Source: Nitrosopumilaceae archaeon (GTDB lineage Archaea; Thermoproteota; Nitrososphaeria; Nitrososphaerales; Nitrosopumilaceae). From it: a stretch of DNA of 64,000 nucleotides. The stretch covers positions 32,001 to 96,000 of the forward strand of contig CBDBMG010000003.1 in assembly GCA_965207375.1 (NCBI GenBank). Reading direction: 5' to 3'. A program made the position numbers and the translations under genes. Positions 31,790 through 44,552 of the stretch are shown piece by piece (the stretch's first letter is position 1; each line of letters opens with the position of its first letter). Under the pieces are notes generated by a model. That model saw nothing but the letters and a program-made list of their open reading frames with translations, ran no database searches and was not told the DNA's origin.

Positions 31790-34700
31790 AAAAGGAACAA
31801 TGTCCTCTGTGTGGGCATTAAAACGAGAATGTTCATGTTAAAATTACTCATGCCCTAATATAGCAAGTTTAGTTTTATAGGTGCATTCTTCCTTTAATAT
31901 TTTTATACCTTTTCCAGCCATAGTAACATAAAGTTTAATTGGTTACCCATAACCTTAAGTTAACACTTTCTATTCAAAAACACGATTTTCAAATGTTGCA
32001 ACGATATAAATTTTGCTCTTGTTGTCACGAAGAGATGAGTAGATAATATAAAGACACTTACATATGTACTCATGATGTCACTAAGTTTAGCTACTCTATG
32101 CTAACCTCCTTTAGCAGCAGCTTTGATGCCATCTTCATCTTCTTTAGTATCAGACCTCAGGGCATAGAGGTCAAACCTTTACAACAATAACGTATGTATG
32201 ATCAAACAAGAGATAATTACCAAGAAGGAATCTGATATCCTTGATTAAGTGTTACCAGCATCACCGCCCTAGAGTGGTATACGACTATGGTTACCATGAC
32301 AATCATCATGACCTACTAATAGATATATACTATACTCATACAAATTTTCAAGGGAAGTAATTTCATGAACAGGATTAATGATTTTGTTTTTGGCTTGTAA
32401 CAGTTTATTAGAAGTACAAAGGTAATGTCCAGAACATTATCGGTCATGTGCTATTGTCCAGAACATTATCGGTCATGTGCTGCTGCAGCTATACAGTAAG
32501 TTTTGAGTCTCAGATAGAAAGCTTGAAAGGATTTATTAATTTTATTTTGCGATAACTTAGTAAGCTTACAGCGACAAAATTCATGACCTTCACACTGTGT
32601 ACGGTACAAACCATGCTGCTGTATCTCATGGTCTGCCCACACTGCTCAGCAGTCGTACATAATGACTAGAAAATTTTATAGTTGTGACCAATGCTTATAC
32701 AGTGAGTCTATTAGCAATGTTAACAGCCAGGATTTTCTAGGAGGGATTTCTATTGGTAAAGTGAAGCAGCTGGAGGTGTGGGGCTCACCCAGATGCACAT
32801 GATAATTGCTAGCTATATACAGTCAATATTTACTAGAGGCCTTAACATCATTAAACCAGTTACGAAGACAATGAAAAGTTACAGATTGGTTAATCTCTAA
32901 TGCTAACAACAATTAAATGATAACTTACGCAGTTGGACAAATATATTTAATGTGTTCATTGGCAATTAACTTCGTAGCTTGTGCCCAGCCATGTCACAAT
33001 CATAACAACCAAGCTCACGTGCACTCTACAAGCTTACTGACCCAGTATCACCAAGTCCATGTAAAAATATGATCTTGCATTACATTATTCTAAATATAGC
33101 ACACCAAATCTTTAGGATTAACTTACAGTTGCCGTATGCTTGGCAGTAGCTGGAATTGTTACCGCTCCTTTTAGAACTGAACTACTCATTATATCAGCAG
33201 TGCAAATGCGCCCGTCGACCTGACAAAATTAGCCATGTGAGTCGTGAGACTAGGGATCTCCCCTGAAATAAAGCATTGGTCTCGTGGCGCCCCACCCAAA
33301 AACCCACATTGCGTAGAAATACAACACAAGTTACAGATCAATACAAATTGTAATCAATGCAAAATGTTAACAAAACAAATCTATATTGCAGTGAATCATG
33401 TTCACGCACAAGTACTGTTACTGGTTGATCCTGTAAATAACAACATTTCATGAGCTTCATTAAGCCAATCAGACTGCAGAGCCCCACTCCACTACCCGTC
33501 CCTTGTGAGAATACATAGCCAGCATTAGTAACATACCCAATTATCAGTCTAGATGATTGCAATGACTCCAGCTGTAATGCAGCAGTGATGTCTTAGATTG
33601 ATCGCCATGGTGACTGAAATCTTTTGCAACTTGTGATTTAGGAACTTCCCCAATCTTTAACTCCTTCTTAGCCATTTTAAACTCCTTGTTTGTCAGTAAA
33701 GTAGTACCAATAAGAAGCTTGTCATTATGCTGAATGCATATACCTTTCGTATTCAACTCCTCCACTGGCCCATAATAACTTTCATCATTTGATAATTTTA
33801 CTAAATCTTCTGTTGATGGTATGCATATCATTGACCTGACAGTGGGCTTGCCATGGTGACACATAACAAAAGAAACAGCAACTAGTGATTTAGGGTGCTC
33901 AACAATTAGAGTAGATAACTACATATCATTAATAAGTGATAACCAATTCTCCTCAGAACTGACGGCTGGTTTTACTGCCATTAAACTATCTAGTAATTTT
34001 GATAATGACACGAGATGCTTCATTGAGCACAGTACGTAATATGAAATCTCTCCATCTCTCACTAAACCATGATCTGTTGACAGTTTTGCTCTCTTAAAAA
34101 CCGGACCGTTGTCTTGTTCCTTATCTCCTTGCTCAGTATACTGTCTGATCACTGAACTCCACAATGGCTGAAATGGTGACAAAGAATTCAGCTTCCCAAA
34201 GTTTGGTCTCTTGTCTGGTGGATATTTACAATACTTTGATTGTAACATCTTCAAATTGTTTAACTCCAATTGTTGCCCAGCATTGGTATCAGGATAGTCA
34301 GTGGGATAATGAAGTATTGACCTCTCCAGATGATAACACCTCATCTCTTCATATCCTATAACTCTAGCCCCATGGTATACTAGGCTTAACCAGAGGGGTT
34401 TCCCCCATTTTGCTGGCGCTATAATATCCCATCCCGCTCCGACCCCATCAACAGTTTGGTGAAGAAGTAATAATGGCAGGTAATCTTCCAGCTTTTTCAA
34501 CTGTTCAGAAACATTGTGTAATCTTTCTGACCGAATCTTGTTAATTTGATATTCTGGGACAATTGTTTGCTCGCAATCTCTTACCGCCTTGTTCCAAATA
34601 TAGCACTGCGATAATTGAGGTGATATTATTTCACTAATGCTGGTGGCAGCTGGTTGAGCAATATTCAATTTTTTGTCAGGCATTGACAAACAAAAGTCCT

Positions 34701-35689
34701 TAACAGTCAAACCCACAATAGCTCTGTTAGGTATTTCAGCAGGAGACTCAGTTTGGGATAAACACTCAAAGAATTTCTTTTTGTCTGCCAATCTGTCATT
34801 ATCTGTAGGTTGCCTAGTTACCCACCATTTTCCCTTGTCACCTTTATCATCAATTGGTTCACACACTGGGTCAATTGTTTGAATGATAACATTGTTACAC
34901 TGCCCACCTATCAGCTTATAGTGCATCATTTTATCCTGTAGATTATTAACAACAACATCACTACTGCTAGCACTAAGCAGTGTCTTTATATTGTTACTAA
35001 TCTCCTTCATCAATATATCAGTGATAGCAGGATGTATGAGTAGCCATAGTTGCCTCTGAGCTGTGGTCTGCTCAGGTCTCCATAGAAACTGAGCAGGGTC
35101 AATAGCATTAGTGGGATAACACAGTGACTGATAGAGTATCACATCACCACTCCTACAACCACTAAGATAATCTTTTGCTTCTATAGTAACACCTATATAT
35201 AGTACAACAATACCTATATATAGTAACACACAACTATATATAGTAACACTTATATACAGAAACAGGTGGTTATCAACTATGAGCTCCATTCTTATGCTCT
35301 AATACTTGTGCCAAATACAGAATGATGTACCACAGAAATCATAAGCTATAATATTATAGGATTGACCATTCTCAAACAAATACACATGAAGTATGAATGC
35401 CCAGCAATCATTATCCCAAGGCAGTGGGGGGTGGTCATGTCCATGTTATGGTGCATATAGGTCACAAGAGCCCATAGATCACATGAGCCAATAGGTTAAA
35501 ATACAATGAATGGGGCAGATTAAATATTTGGATTGTGGACCTCAGAAGGCCACAGTCCCTCCTCAGTTTGGTATATTAGCCCCACCCCAATTGTAGATAG
35601 TAGCTTTAAGATGATATAATCACATCTCCCTCATTTTAAGATATTAATCACATGTACTGCTGATTAGCATGTCCTACCCAAACAACAGT

Positions 35690-35815
35690 CAACATCACGA
35701 CTGACTGGATATCACCATAGTAACATCATGATTGACTGGATATCACCATAGTAACATCACGACTGACTGGATATCACCATAGTAACATCACGACTGACTG
35801 GATATCACCATAGTG
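35690..35815. repeat. 31-bp tandem repeat, 4 copies
   Basis: AACATCACGACTGACTGGATATCACCATAGT repeated in POP1 intron 3. Confidence 0.9.
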
Positions 35816-36164
35816 TGACGGTAAGGTTTATTAGTAGTGATTAAAAAGTAACCACCCGATCTCCCCTAATCCCAGGCCAATAAGTAATCATATACTTACC
35901 GACTTGTTTACTCATCATTGGCTGAAGTACAGTAATAATATCACCTTGACTATCCAGTAACTCTACATACCCATGATATGATGAATCCTAAATTGTAATA
36001 AAGAATGATATATAATAAATAATGGTGTTTAATGACTCAAAACTAAACCTTAAAAACTGCTTCATACATTACAATTTAGTTATTAAAGGTTGATCATCCT
36101 TATAACTATTTATTGGTGACAACAAACAACTAATTATCTACTACACTGGGTTACGGGGTCCCAT

Positions 36165-37177
36165 GGCCTTGTGGCCTTAGAGAATTTGCCTCTGCTTTTG
36201 ATACACAGTGCAGAATTATCACACTCGTCTGCTACCACGCAAGCTGCTTATCGACCTTTCTAGTTACTACGTATCTACAAACTTGTTATGCTACACTGAC
36301 CACTCCACACGTTACTAACTGTAACATGACTGTTACTGACCACTCCGTGACTGTAGGAAGGTGTTAACGTTTGGCTCAAAGAGGTGACAGAATCACTGCA
36401 GTTGAACACTGTAATCCACATTAAGGTCCGGCCTATTAACTATGTTGTGCAGTGCTCATCAAGCCTTGGTGATCATTAATAGGATTGTGTGATATGATAT
36501 AATTACTACTGTTATAGCTGGCACAAAATCTTTATTACAAAGTTAGGTAGAAATATTAGAGTAAAATGACTGTTCTATTAGAGTAGATATGCTGACATAT
36601 GCTTTGGTGCTTATATTTACCTACTATGGCAGATGCCTAGACTGTAACTACTAAGCCGTCTAGTAATAAACTCATATTACACTCAATATCGGATGCCAGT
36701 TTTATGTAGCTAATATTTGAAACAAACATTAACATCTTCCTTCTAACAGTCACGGTAGATGCATGGAGTGGTCAGTGTAGCATAGATACATTAACATCTT
36801 CCTTCTAACAGTCACGGTAGATGCATGGAGTGGTCAATGTAGCATAGATACATTAACATCTTCCTTCTAACAGTCACGGTAGATGCATGGAGTGGTCAGT
36901 GTAGCATAGATACATTAACATCTTCCTTCTAACAGTCATGGTAGATGCATGGAGTGGTCAGTGTAGCATAGATACATTAACATCTTCCTTCTAACAGTCA
37001 TGGTAGATGCATGGAGTGGTCAGTGTAGCATAGATAGTAGGTAGAAAGGTGCTAGTACCGGAGCAGACGCTTATAATATGTAACTGATAAGCAGCCTTGC
37101 GTGAAATTAGTGGCAGACCAGTGTGGCAATTCTGCATTGTAGTAAAGCAGAGGTAAAAAACCTTAGGGCACAAGGCC
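36165..37177. mobile_element. TIR element with GGCC termini carrying a 62-bp tandem repeat in 5 copies (36727-37036)
   Basis: GGCCTTGTGGCCTTAG..CCTCTGCTTT..TGCAGAATT mirrored by AATTCTGCA..AAAGCAGAGG..CTTAGGGCACAAGGCC; internal unit CATTAACATCTTCCTTCTAACAGTCACGGTAGATGCATGGAGTGGTCAGTGTAGCATAGATA. Confidence 0.7.
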
Positions 37178-39603
37178 ACTTTTGCAGTAACTCCTAGGAT
37201 TACCATATAGTACTTTGGTGGCGGAAACCTTTGACAAATGCAAAATGGCGAAATAAAACTTTGGCGGATGTACTTACAATTGTGTATTGGCGATTAAAAC
37301 TTTTGGTGAATCGAGTTGACGCAAACTATACTAAATTTTAACTGTAAATTAGTGGACGATCGTTACCACTTGCCTATTTCAAATCGCTATGCTGGGGTGA
37401 GAATCAAATAAGAGCGTCTACCACATGACTGCTCCTTCAATTTTAGTGTTGGCCAAATCACTGCCTTCGATGGTACCTTCTTGCTTAGTAAACCATTCGG
37501 CTCAGGCAAACTTGTGAAGATCAGGGGCACAAAGATCTCACAGGTTTACTTCAAAATGCCAGTAGCCATTTGGTGATCACACATATACGATAGTATTGCA
37601 ATTACGTGCATTATGACAAATTCCTTAAAAATTAATATTTTGGCAAATTCGCCAAATTCACCATTTTCCACTGCCAAAAGTTTTCCACTATACGGTACAC
37701 ATTTATGGTGAGCAATAATTAGACTTACAGTGTTACTATAGTAGTGATTAACCAATACTACTCCTATATTAGCCGATACTGATAGCTAATCAGTTATCAA
37801 CATAACTTCCAAACCTGCAAACAACGCGCACCACTGTACTATGAAATTATCATTAAACATATTTGAGCATCATCCCTAATTGTTCCATCTGCCTTTCAAC
37901 AAATAATAATGTCATCTCCTTTAATATTATTATCAATAAATCTGAAACATCTTCTACAGAAAAACCATCTTGATATATTAATTTTAAGACCGAAAAACTG
38001 ATTTCCGATAGTTAAACTAATCATTGATGCATCACTAACATAGTGCTTGAAATAAGAATTAGAAATTGATCGGCCATTTATTGAAAGTAGGAACATATGT
38101 ATCATTGAATTCCCCATTGGAAATGTACAGTAAATTTGTCCTAGCATATCAGTTTTGGTTGGCCAAATCCTGAAATTGGTCGGAAAGTGGCTGACTGCTA
38201 TTTCAAGCTCTGCTAACAGTATATTTTACTACACTAGATTACACATTATGGTGGGCAGTAATTAGACTTACAGTGTAATTATAGTAACAATATAATTATT
38301 ACATTAGATTACACATTATGGTGAGGAATAATTAGACTTACAGTGTAACTATAGTAACAATATATTACATTAGATTACACATTATGGTGGGCAATAATTA
38401 GACTTACATATAATAAACATCCAGTATGTAAGTATCGATATGAAGCACATGCTCCTTTATCACAACACTGTTCTGCTATCTTGTAGCCATGGTATTCCAT
38501 CATTCTAAACCTCTTGGCGTGCCATATGTGACTCTGCAACCATCGAGACTTCTCTAATCGACTACCATACTCTTCTACTAATTTGCTAGATTTGTGACGT
38601 GTCTTCCTTGACAACTTCTTTGCTGTACACTCTACCACCTTAATAAAACAATATGATCAGTATGGTAACACAGTATATACTGTTATTTGTCCTAGACTAA
38701 AAAAAGCTGTTCAGATAAATCAGTAAAGATCCAGCACATGATAGAAAGGAACAAGTCCGGCTTTTTGCTTTTATTTTAAGGCTAAATGCTAATGAATAGA
38801 AAATTAATAAAGACCGAACAGTTGAATATTTTAAATGTACACTTAACACATATAAAATTAAAAACAGTGTTTCTCACTTTTAGTGAGTTTAAATTTTCAA
38901 TAAATTGATAATAAGTTGATATTAAATGTAAAGGAAACTAATGATATAATTATTGTAAAACACTATCATTAAGTACGGCAGTACTTAATAGTAGGGATTG
39001 GTAAGAAATTGTATGGCTTTGGGAAAATTTTGTGCTTAAATTCAACCTTGCAATAGGCTTTACCCGAAAAAACTGGCTGGAATGCATTGGTAAGGCTGTA
39101 ATGATGCTGTACCTTGGTTAACGAAACAAGTCGAATATTTTGACCTACAGCCAACTTTGAAAATTTTGAAATTCACCTGTATTTCGTCTGCCTGCCTGCC
39201 TGCCGTAAGACCGGGTTGCGCTAGGTGTAGGGCTCCAGAAATTTCACACAATAAAAGTAATGGCGGCGGATTTATGAAAATCTTATTCTAAAGACGATTT
39301 ACCCACTGCGCCATGGCGATTCCCTTTATCCTTCATTCCTTTAATTGTTCTTTATGTATTCCTTAGCAAGGTGCGAATCTCACCAAAGGTGACGATAGCC
39401 TGTAACGGCTTCTGCTTATTGCGTCACACAAAAATCTGGCTTGCACGTGATATAATTAGTTGATGTTTTCGCGTGTACTCGTGCGTACTTTATTACATCG
39501 TGAACTTCGAGATTATAGCCTTGGACAATTACGTAAGCGCCTGTAACATTTTGTGCGCCTGCTAAAAGATTATTGAATGCTTAGCATGTATAAAAAGTAA
39601 ACA

Positions 39604-39935
39604 AACTAGAATGATAAAAAATTAAAAATTTAAAAAGTAAGTAGGGATTGAACTTTGGATTCAGTAGTGCTACAAAAGGTAAGGAAACAAGGAATAAGAT
39701 TTTGGGACGAGAGAACATTCTGGCAAGAGATAATTTGTAAAAGTTTAATCCCTACTTTTGGCTCACTTCATAGGTTTGCCAAAAGTAGGGAATAAACTTT
39801 TATAAATTATCTCATGTGAGAATGTTCTCTCGTCCCAAAATCTTATTCCTTGTTTCCTTACTTTTTGTAGCACTATTGAATCCAAAGTTCAATCCCTACT
39901 TACTTTTTAAATTTATAATTTTTTATCATTCTAGT
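39604..39935. repeat. About 330-bp near-perfect palindrome (family copy 2)
   Basis: ACTAGAATGATAAAAAATT...CCCTACTTTTGGC [short loop] GCCAAAAGTAGGG...AATTTTTTATCATTCTAGT. Confidence 0.92.
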
Positions 39936-42732
39936 ATAAATGATGTCACTGACACATTATGTATTTAGTATATAGAATCTGATATTTAGTAATGGATATT
40001 ATGATTTATAACAAATAGTGAAATATTAATAGTTTGTTTTAGTGTTATCAGTATGTATTTCCCCAACAGCCATAATTGTGTAAGGCTGTCAAGAATCAGT
40101 GGAGTGGAATGGTGGAACGGAAGACTGGAATGGAATAATGAATGAATAACTTGATGCTAAAAAGCCTTTTAAGCCGTTACTGTACAGCAGTACATGAATG
40201 CTATACACTCACATCATGTAGTAATGCAATGGGAACTTGAGGCTTCAATCAATATGATACAGTTAAATCCCGGTACAAGGGTGATATCATTTATATTACC
40301 TGAAGCCTCGGTGGAGTGGATGGGATTTAATTGGCTTCTATCCCAGTGTACAATATGTAATCAACTTCCTGTAAGCGGTTTCCGCAACTATACAATATTT
40401 GATTGGCTATTTTCCAGAAAACATTTAAATTGTTTGCTCAGAATGACTCTTTAGGGGGTGACAAGTTAGCTTGCTTTTTGCTTGGGATGGTATATTTGGC
40501 AGTCGGTCAGCAGCAAAGGCAATTAACTAGGCGAAAACATACGTGCATGCACGCCCAGCAGAGAGTCGAAAAGTACGTTCTTCAAGTGATAGCAAAATGC
40601 CATTGTCTCCAACACGTCAGCCACCGTTTCAGTAATAAAACACATAAGAAAAATTGTCTATAAAGGAGCCATTCCCAGAGGGGACAATAGAAATAGCAGA
40701 GGGGACAATCAACATAACGCGCTTTGCTTTCACCTGAGGGACGTAACTATCCTTTGGTCGCTTTTTTCAGCTCTTGTATGGAGCTTTGCATTTCAATTAA
40801 TGTTATTCTTGTCTATACTGTAGCTCACGCTCGGCAGCTTACGCTCGGCTTAAAATATAAAAACCTTTGATGCATGCTAATTGTCCGACACCAAAACCAC
40901 TGGGTATTATTTTTTATAACACCCAGTAGTTTTCTTTGATCCACCTACGCACTGAGGTAGAAAATAATATAATATAAGTTAGTTTGATGATCAACAGCCA
41001 AGATAAAATGTCATTGTGGTTGATAATGCAACTAGTGTGTGACATAGATGATTTGAAAGAGTTCAAGGGTACAAGCTTTCCTGGCGAAGAATCAATTCAC
41101 TAATCTTGAAGAACAGTTACACATTACAATATATGCAAGGGGTGGAAGCGCCCATATGCTGTGTGTCACGACTCAAGTCAAAACACAAGTCACGACTCAA
41201 GTCAAAACACGTCATGACTCAAGAAGAAATTCTCCTTTCAAAGCCATGATAGTCAGCCAAAATTAATAACTGATACCCACAATCATTTGCGCAATGCTCA
41301 CGAGTCAAGGGTTAAGCGGGAAGTATACTACAAATCAAGGGACAAGGGTGATTAACAGCAGTCATGAAATTTGATCACGCAAGTACACAGCATATTGGGT
41401 GCTTCACCCCCTTGTGTATGTGAAAATATATCTTTATGGAGCCTAAATTCTTTTAAAATACATAACAGTGAATTATGAGGTACTTTGAATGATTATAGAA
41501 ATGATCTACAGCCACAATGATTTCATGACGATAGTTGTTTTACTGCAGTGTTTTTAGCAATGCATTAGCTGATATTTGCTGTTATGATACGTATGTAGTG
41601 TGCACTGATGAAAGGTACAAATCTAAAGTTACACTATTAGACATGTGTGTAAGGGGTCATTCACAATTTTCGGTTTTTATGTGAGTGTACAAAGAGTACT
41701 CTTTTTGTTAACCCTCTCCTCCCTACCACAAAGCATACTCTGAAAATATTCATGTCACATGATGATCACCATGTTTTCCTATTTTTAAAGTCTCCCCCTA
41801 ATACAAACTCTTTGTACACTTGCAAAAGTTGAATGACCCCATAAGCAGAGTATACTGGTCGCTATATACACAAGTTTAGCCTATTAATAAATATAAAATT
41901 TAATCCCTAGCTGTGTTATCAGAACCTCCACTGGTGCAACATGTTAGTCATTTTCTAGAAAAGTCTAATTTGCTATTGGGAAAGCCAATGGTAGTCTATA
42001 ATAATTTCCTCAATGCATGGGCAATCAATTTCTAATCCTTATTTTCAAGATATGTATTTATGTATGTATAACATATGTAGCTACAGTCTATCATATTCAA
42101 CCAAATAATCATCAAGCTGTACAAAAAGGAAAAAAAATTCAGTCCAGTAGTCCAGTGAAGTGAATGGAGACACCCTTATCAGAGCAGTGCTCAGGAATGG
42201 TGGCACTGGTTATTGATTTAAGAATGAGAATAATCAAGCAATAGCTTATATGGCAGCTTAGCTACAGCATTTGAGTGGTGCTATGTAAAAAGAACTAATA
42301 ATTGGTCACATATTTCTTCTTAGCTTCGTGACTCACTATCCTTCATAAATACCAAATAAATAATCAGTTAATGGTCCAGTCCAACTAGCACGTATCCTAC
42401 ACTATACTAGGCCTAAAGGCATAAACCATTCGGTTATAAAGCCATGCTGAGTTGAAATAGCAGTTCCTCACATGGGCAGTAAATTATCACCTTTATGCTG
42501 CCTTAATGAAGTATCATGCTGAGAGCATGTGAGCACTGAAGTACCATGCTGAGAGCATGTGAGCAATAAAGAGCATGTGAGCATTGAAGAGCATGTGAGC
42601 ACTGATGAGAAATTATTATTCTACTTTGCATGGCCCGTTAGCACAAGATCAACAGGTATTATTATTTGCTATGACACTTGTCAGGATAAGCACAAGAGTA
42701 AAGTATAGATCATGATTTATGCTACCAGTAAC

Positions 42733-43229
42733 TAGGGCTGGGCAATAGTGAAATTTGAACACTATCATGATAGTAGGGAAACATGTCACGATAGCAATAG
42801 TATCACGATAGTACTGAATCATTAAAAGTAGTGTAAGTAGTGCCGAGTGACAGTAAAAATTTTACTATCACGATAGTTGCAGAGCAACTATTCCGATAGT
42901 GAATACTATCCCGATAGTTAATGAAGGGGTACATTTTACTTGCCATTTGTACCAAAGTATTATAACAGTGCCATCATATAGTAATGTATATGTTATTATA
43001 CCAAAAAGCCTTGAAAGTAAACAAGTCAGCTGACACGAGGAGATGGAATTTATTTGGACAGCTTAAAGTGTAAGAATCTGTATAAAGTTTAACTTTACTG
43101 TTTGGATATGTTACCATCCATAAAACCACCAAAAATTTAATCAAGATAGTTATTTAGTAAAATATCCCGATATCAATAGTAACTTACTATCGTGATATAT
43201 CGCGCTATTGATACTATCGCTCAGTCCTA
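42733..43229. mobile_element. hAT MITE with TAGGGCTG termini
   Basis: TAGGGCTGGGCAATAGT ... ACTATCGCTCAGTCCTA; many TATC.CGATA subterminal motifs; same terminal 8-mer as the hAT at 44553. Confidence 0.65.
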
Positions 43230-43745
43230 AGTGTAAGTAGGTAACTGTTAACAAATATATGTAAAATCTACTACATAAAGCTGAAAAGCCATCCGTCTGT
43301 CTGTCCGTCTACATTCTTTCCTCGTAAGGCTGCTAACTCTGCTGTCTCTGTGTCGATTTGACTTCAGACTTGCTTGATGCAATAGCTATATCTTCTGGCA
43401 TCACAGAGTTTGTTTTTATAAGTTTCTAAGAGCTGCATTTTTCGGCACAAGTGCGTAATAGACACCTGTGTTGATAGAAACGGCCATTAACCACAGCAAT
43501 CCAGTACATAGATGGTAACGCACTTGACTATAACACCTTAGTTCAGTGGTCGAGGATTTAGTCACTGCATATTTTTTAACTTTCAGTGTAGCTGCCGTCA
43601 GTGCTCAGTGTTCTCTCTATTTTACAGTTTTTAAATGTCGCAAAGAAGTGAACACAGTGTAGGAAATAATTAGAATATAGATGTCATGTACACTGTACAA
43701 TCACGTGACATCATTAATCATGAGCACTTTCCCGCCTATCTTACA

Positions 43746-43760
43746 TGGCGCTGCGAGCAG
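43746..43760 (+). promoter_or_regulatory. Primer binding site, tRNA-Ser-like
   Basis: TGGCGCTGCGAGCAG immediately after the 5' LTR; complementary to ..CTGCTCGCAGCG-CCA, resembling the metazoan tRNA-Ser 3' end (from recall). Confidence 0.75.
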
Positions 43761-44552
43761 TTAACCAGTATCTGCACGTAAACCGAAGTCATATCAGTCG
43801 TTTAACCCGAAACATGATTCCCTGGTGCCGGTTCGAGGCACCAAGTAAGGTGATAAACCAGAGTTTACTGACAATCATTCTCCTGCCATTTTCTTTTGTC
43901 TAGATACGACGATGCTGTTTACATTCCGGCAAGGAGATCTTCCCAAGTTAGATTTACAGGTGGACCGCAGATCTGATTTTACCGCCTGTAAAGCACAATA
44001 GGATTCCTACGCCAGCTTGTCCGGACTCAATGGCGAAGACGAAGCCAAGCAAGTTCAAGCGCTAACCTTATGTTTCTCCCGCGAAATTTTAAGAATCTCG
44101 GCCTATCTGAAGACGAAAGAAAAAGTGTTAGCGCCATAATAGTCGCCATCAAACGATATATTGAAGGGCACATCAATGAATTGGTAGAAAGAAGGAACTT
44201 CCGAAAAAGAACACAACAGCCTGGTGAGACATTTGATGATTTCCTAATTTCCTTATGAGAGTTGGTGAAAACATGCAACTTTTGCTCGGAGACTTGTATC
44301 CAGAAGAACCTCAGAGATCAAGTTATAGAAGGACTACTAGAGATAGACACTGTTGAAACTCTTCTACAGGAACCTAATCTTACTCTGGCCACAACAGTCA
44401 ACAAGTGCCAGGCCCAAGAAGCGGCCAAGAAGCAGAGAGCAAATATAGCTAACCAGCAGCCAGAAACAATAGCTGCACTACAGAGGCATAGGAACCAGAA
44501 TAGTCCAGTACCTACAAGAACACCATGTCCAGGATGTGGGGCGGCTACTCAC

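Noticed and set aside
33919-35289. 456-aa ORF as a standalone gene
   Set aside because: It is POP1 exon 4 read from intronic repeats to a premature stop; homology continues to 33338.
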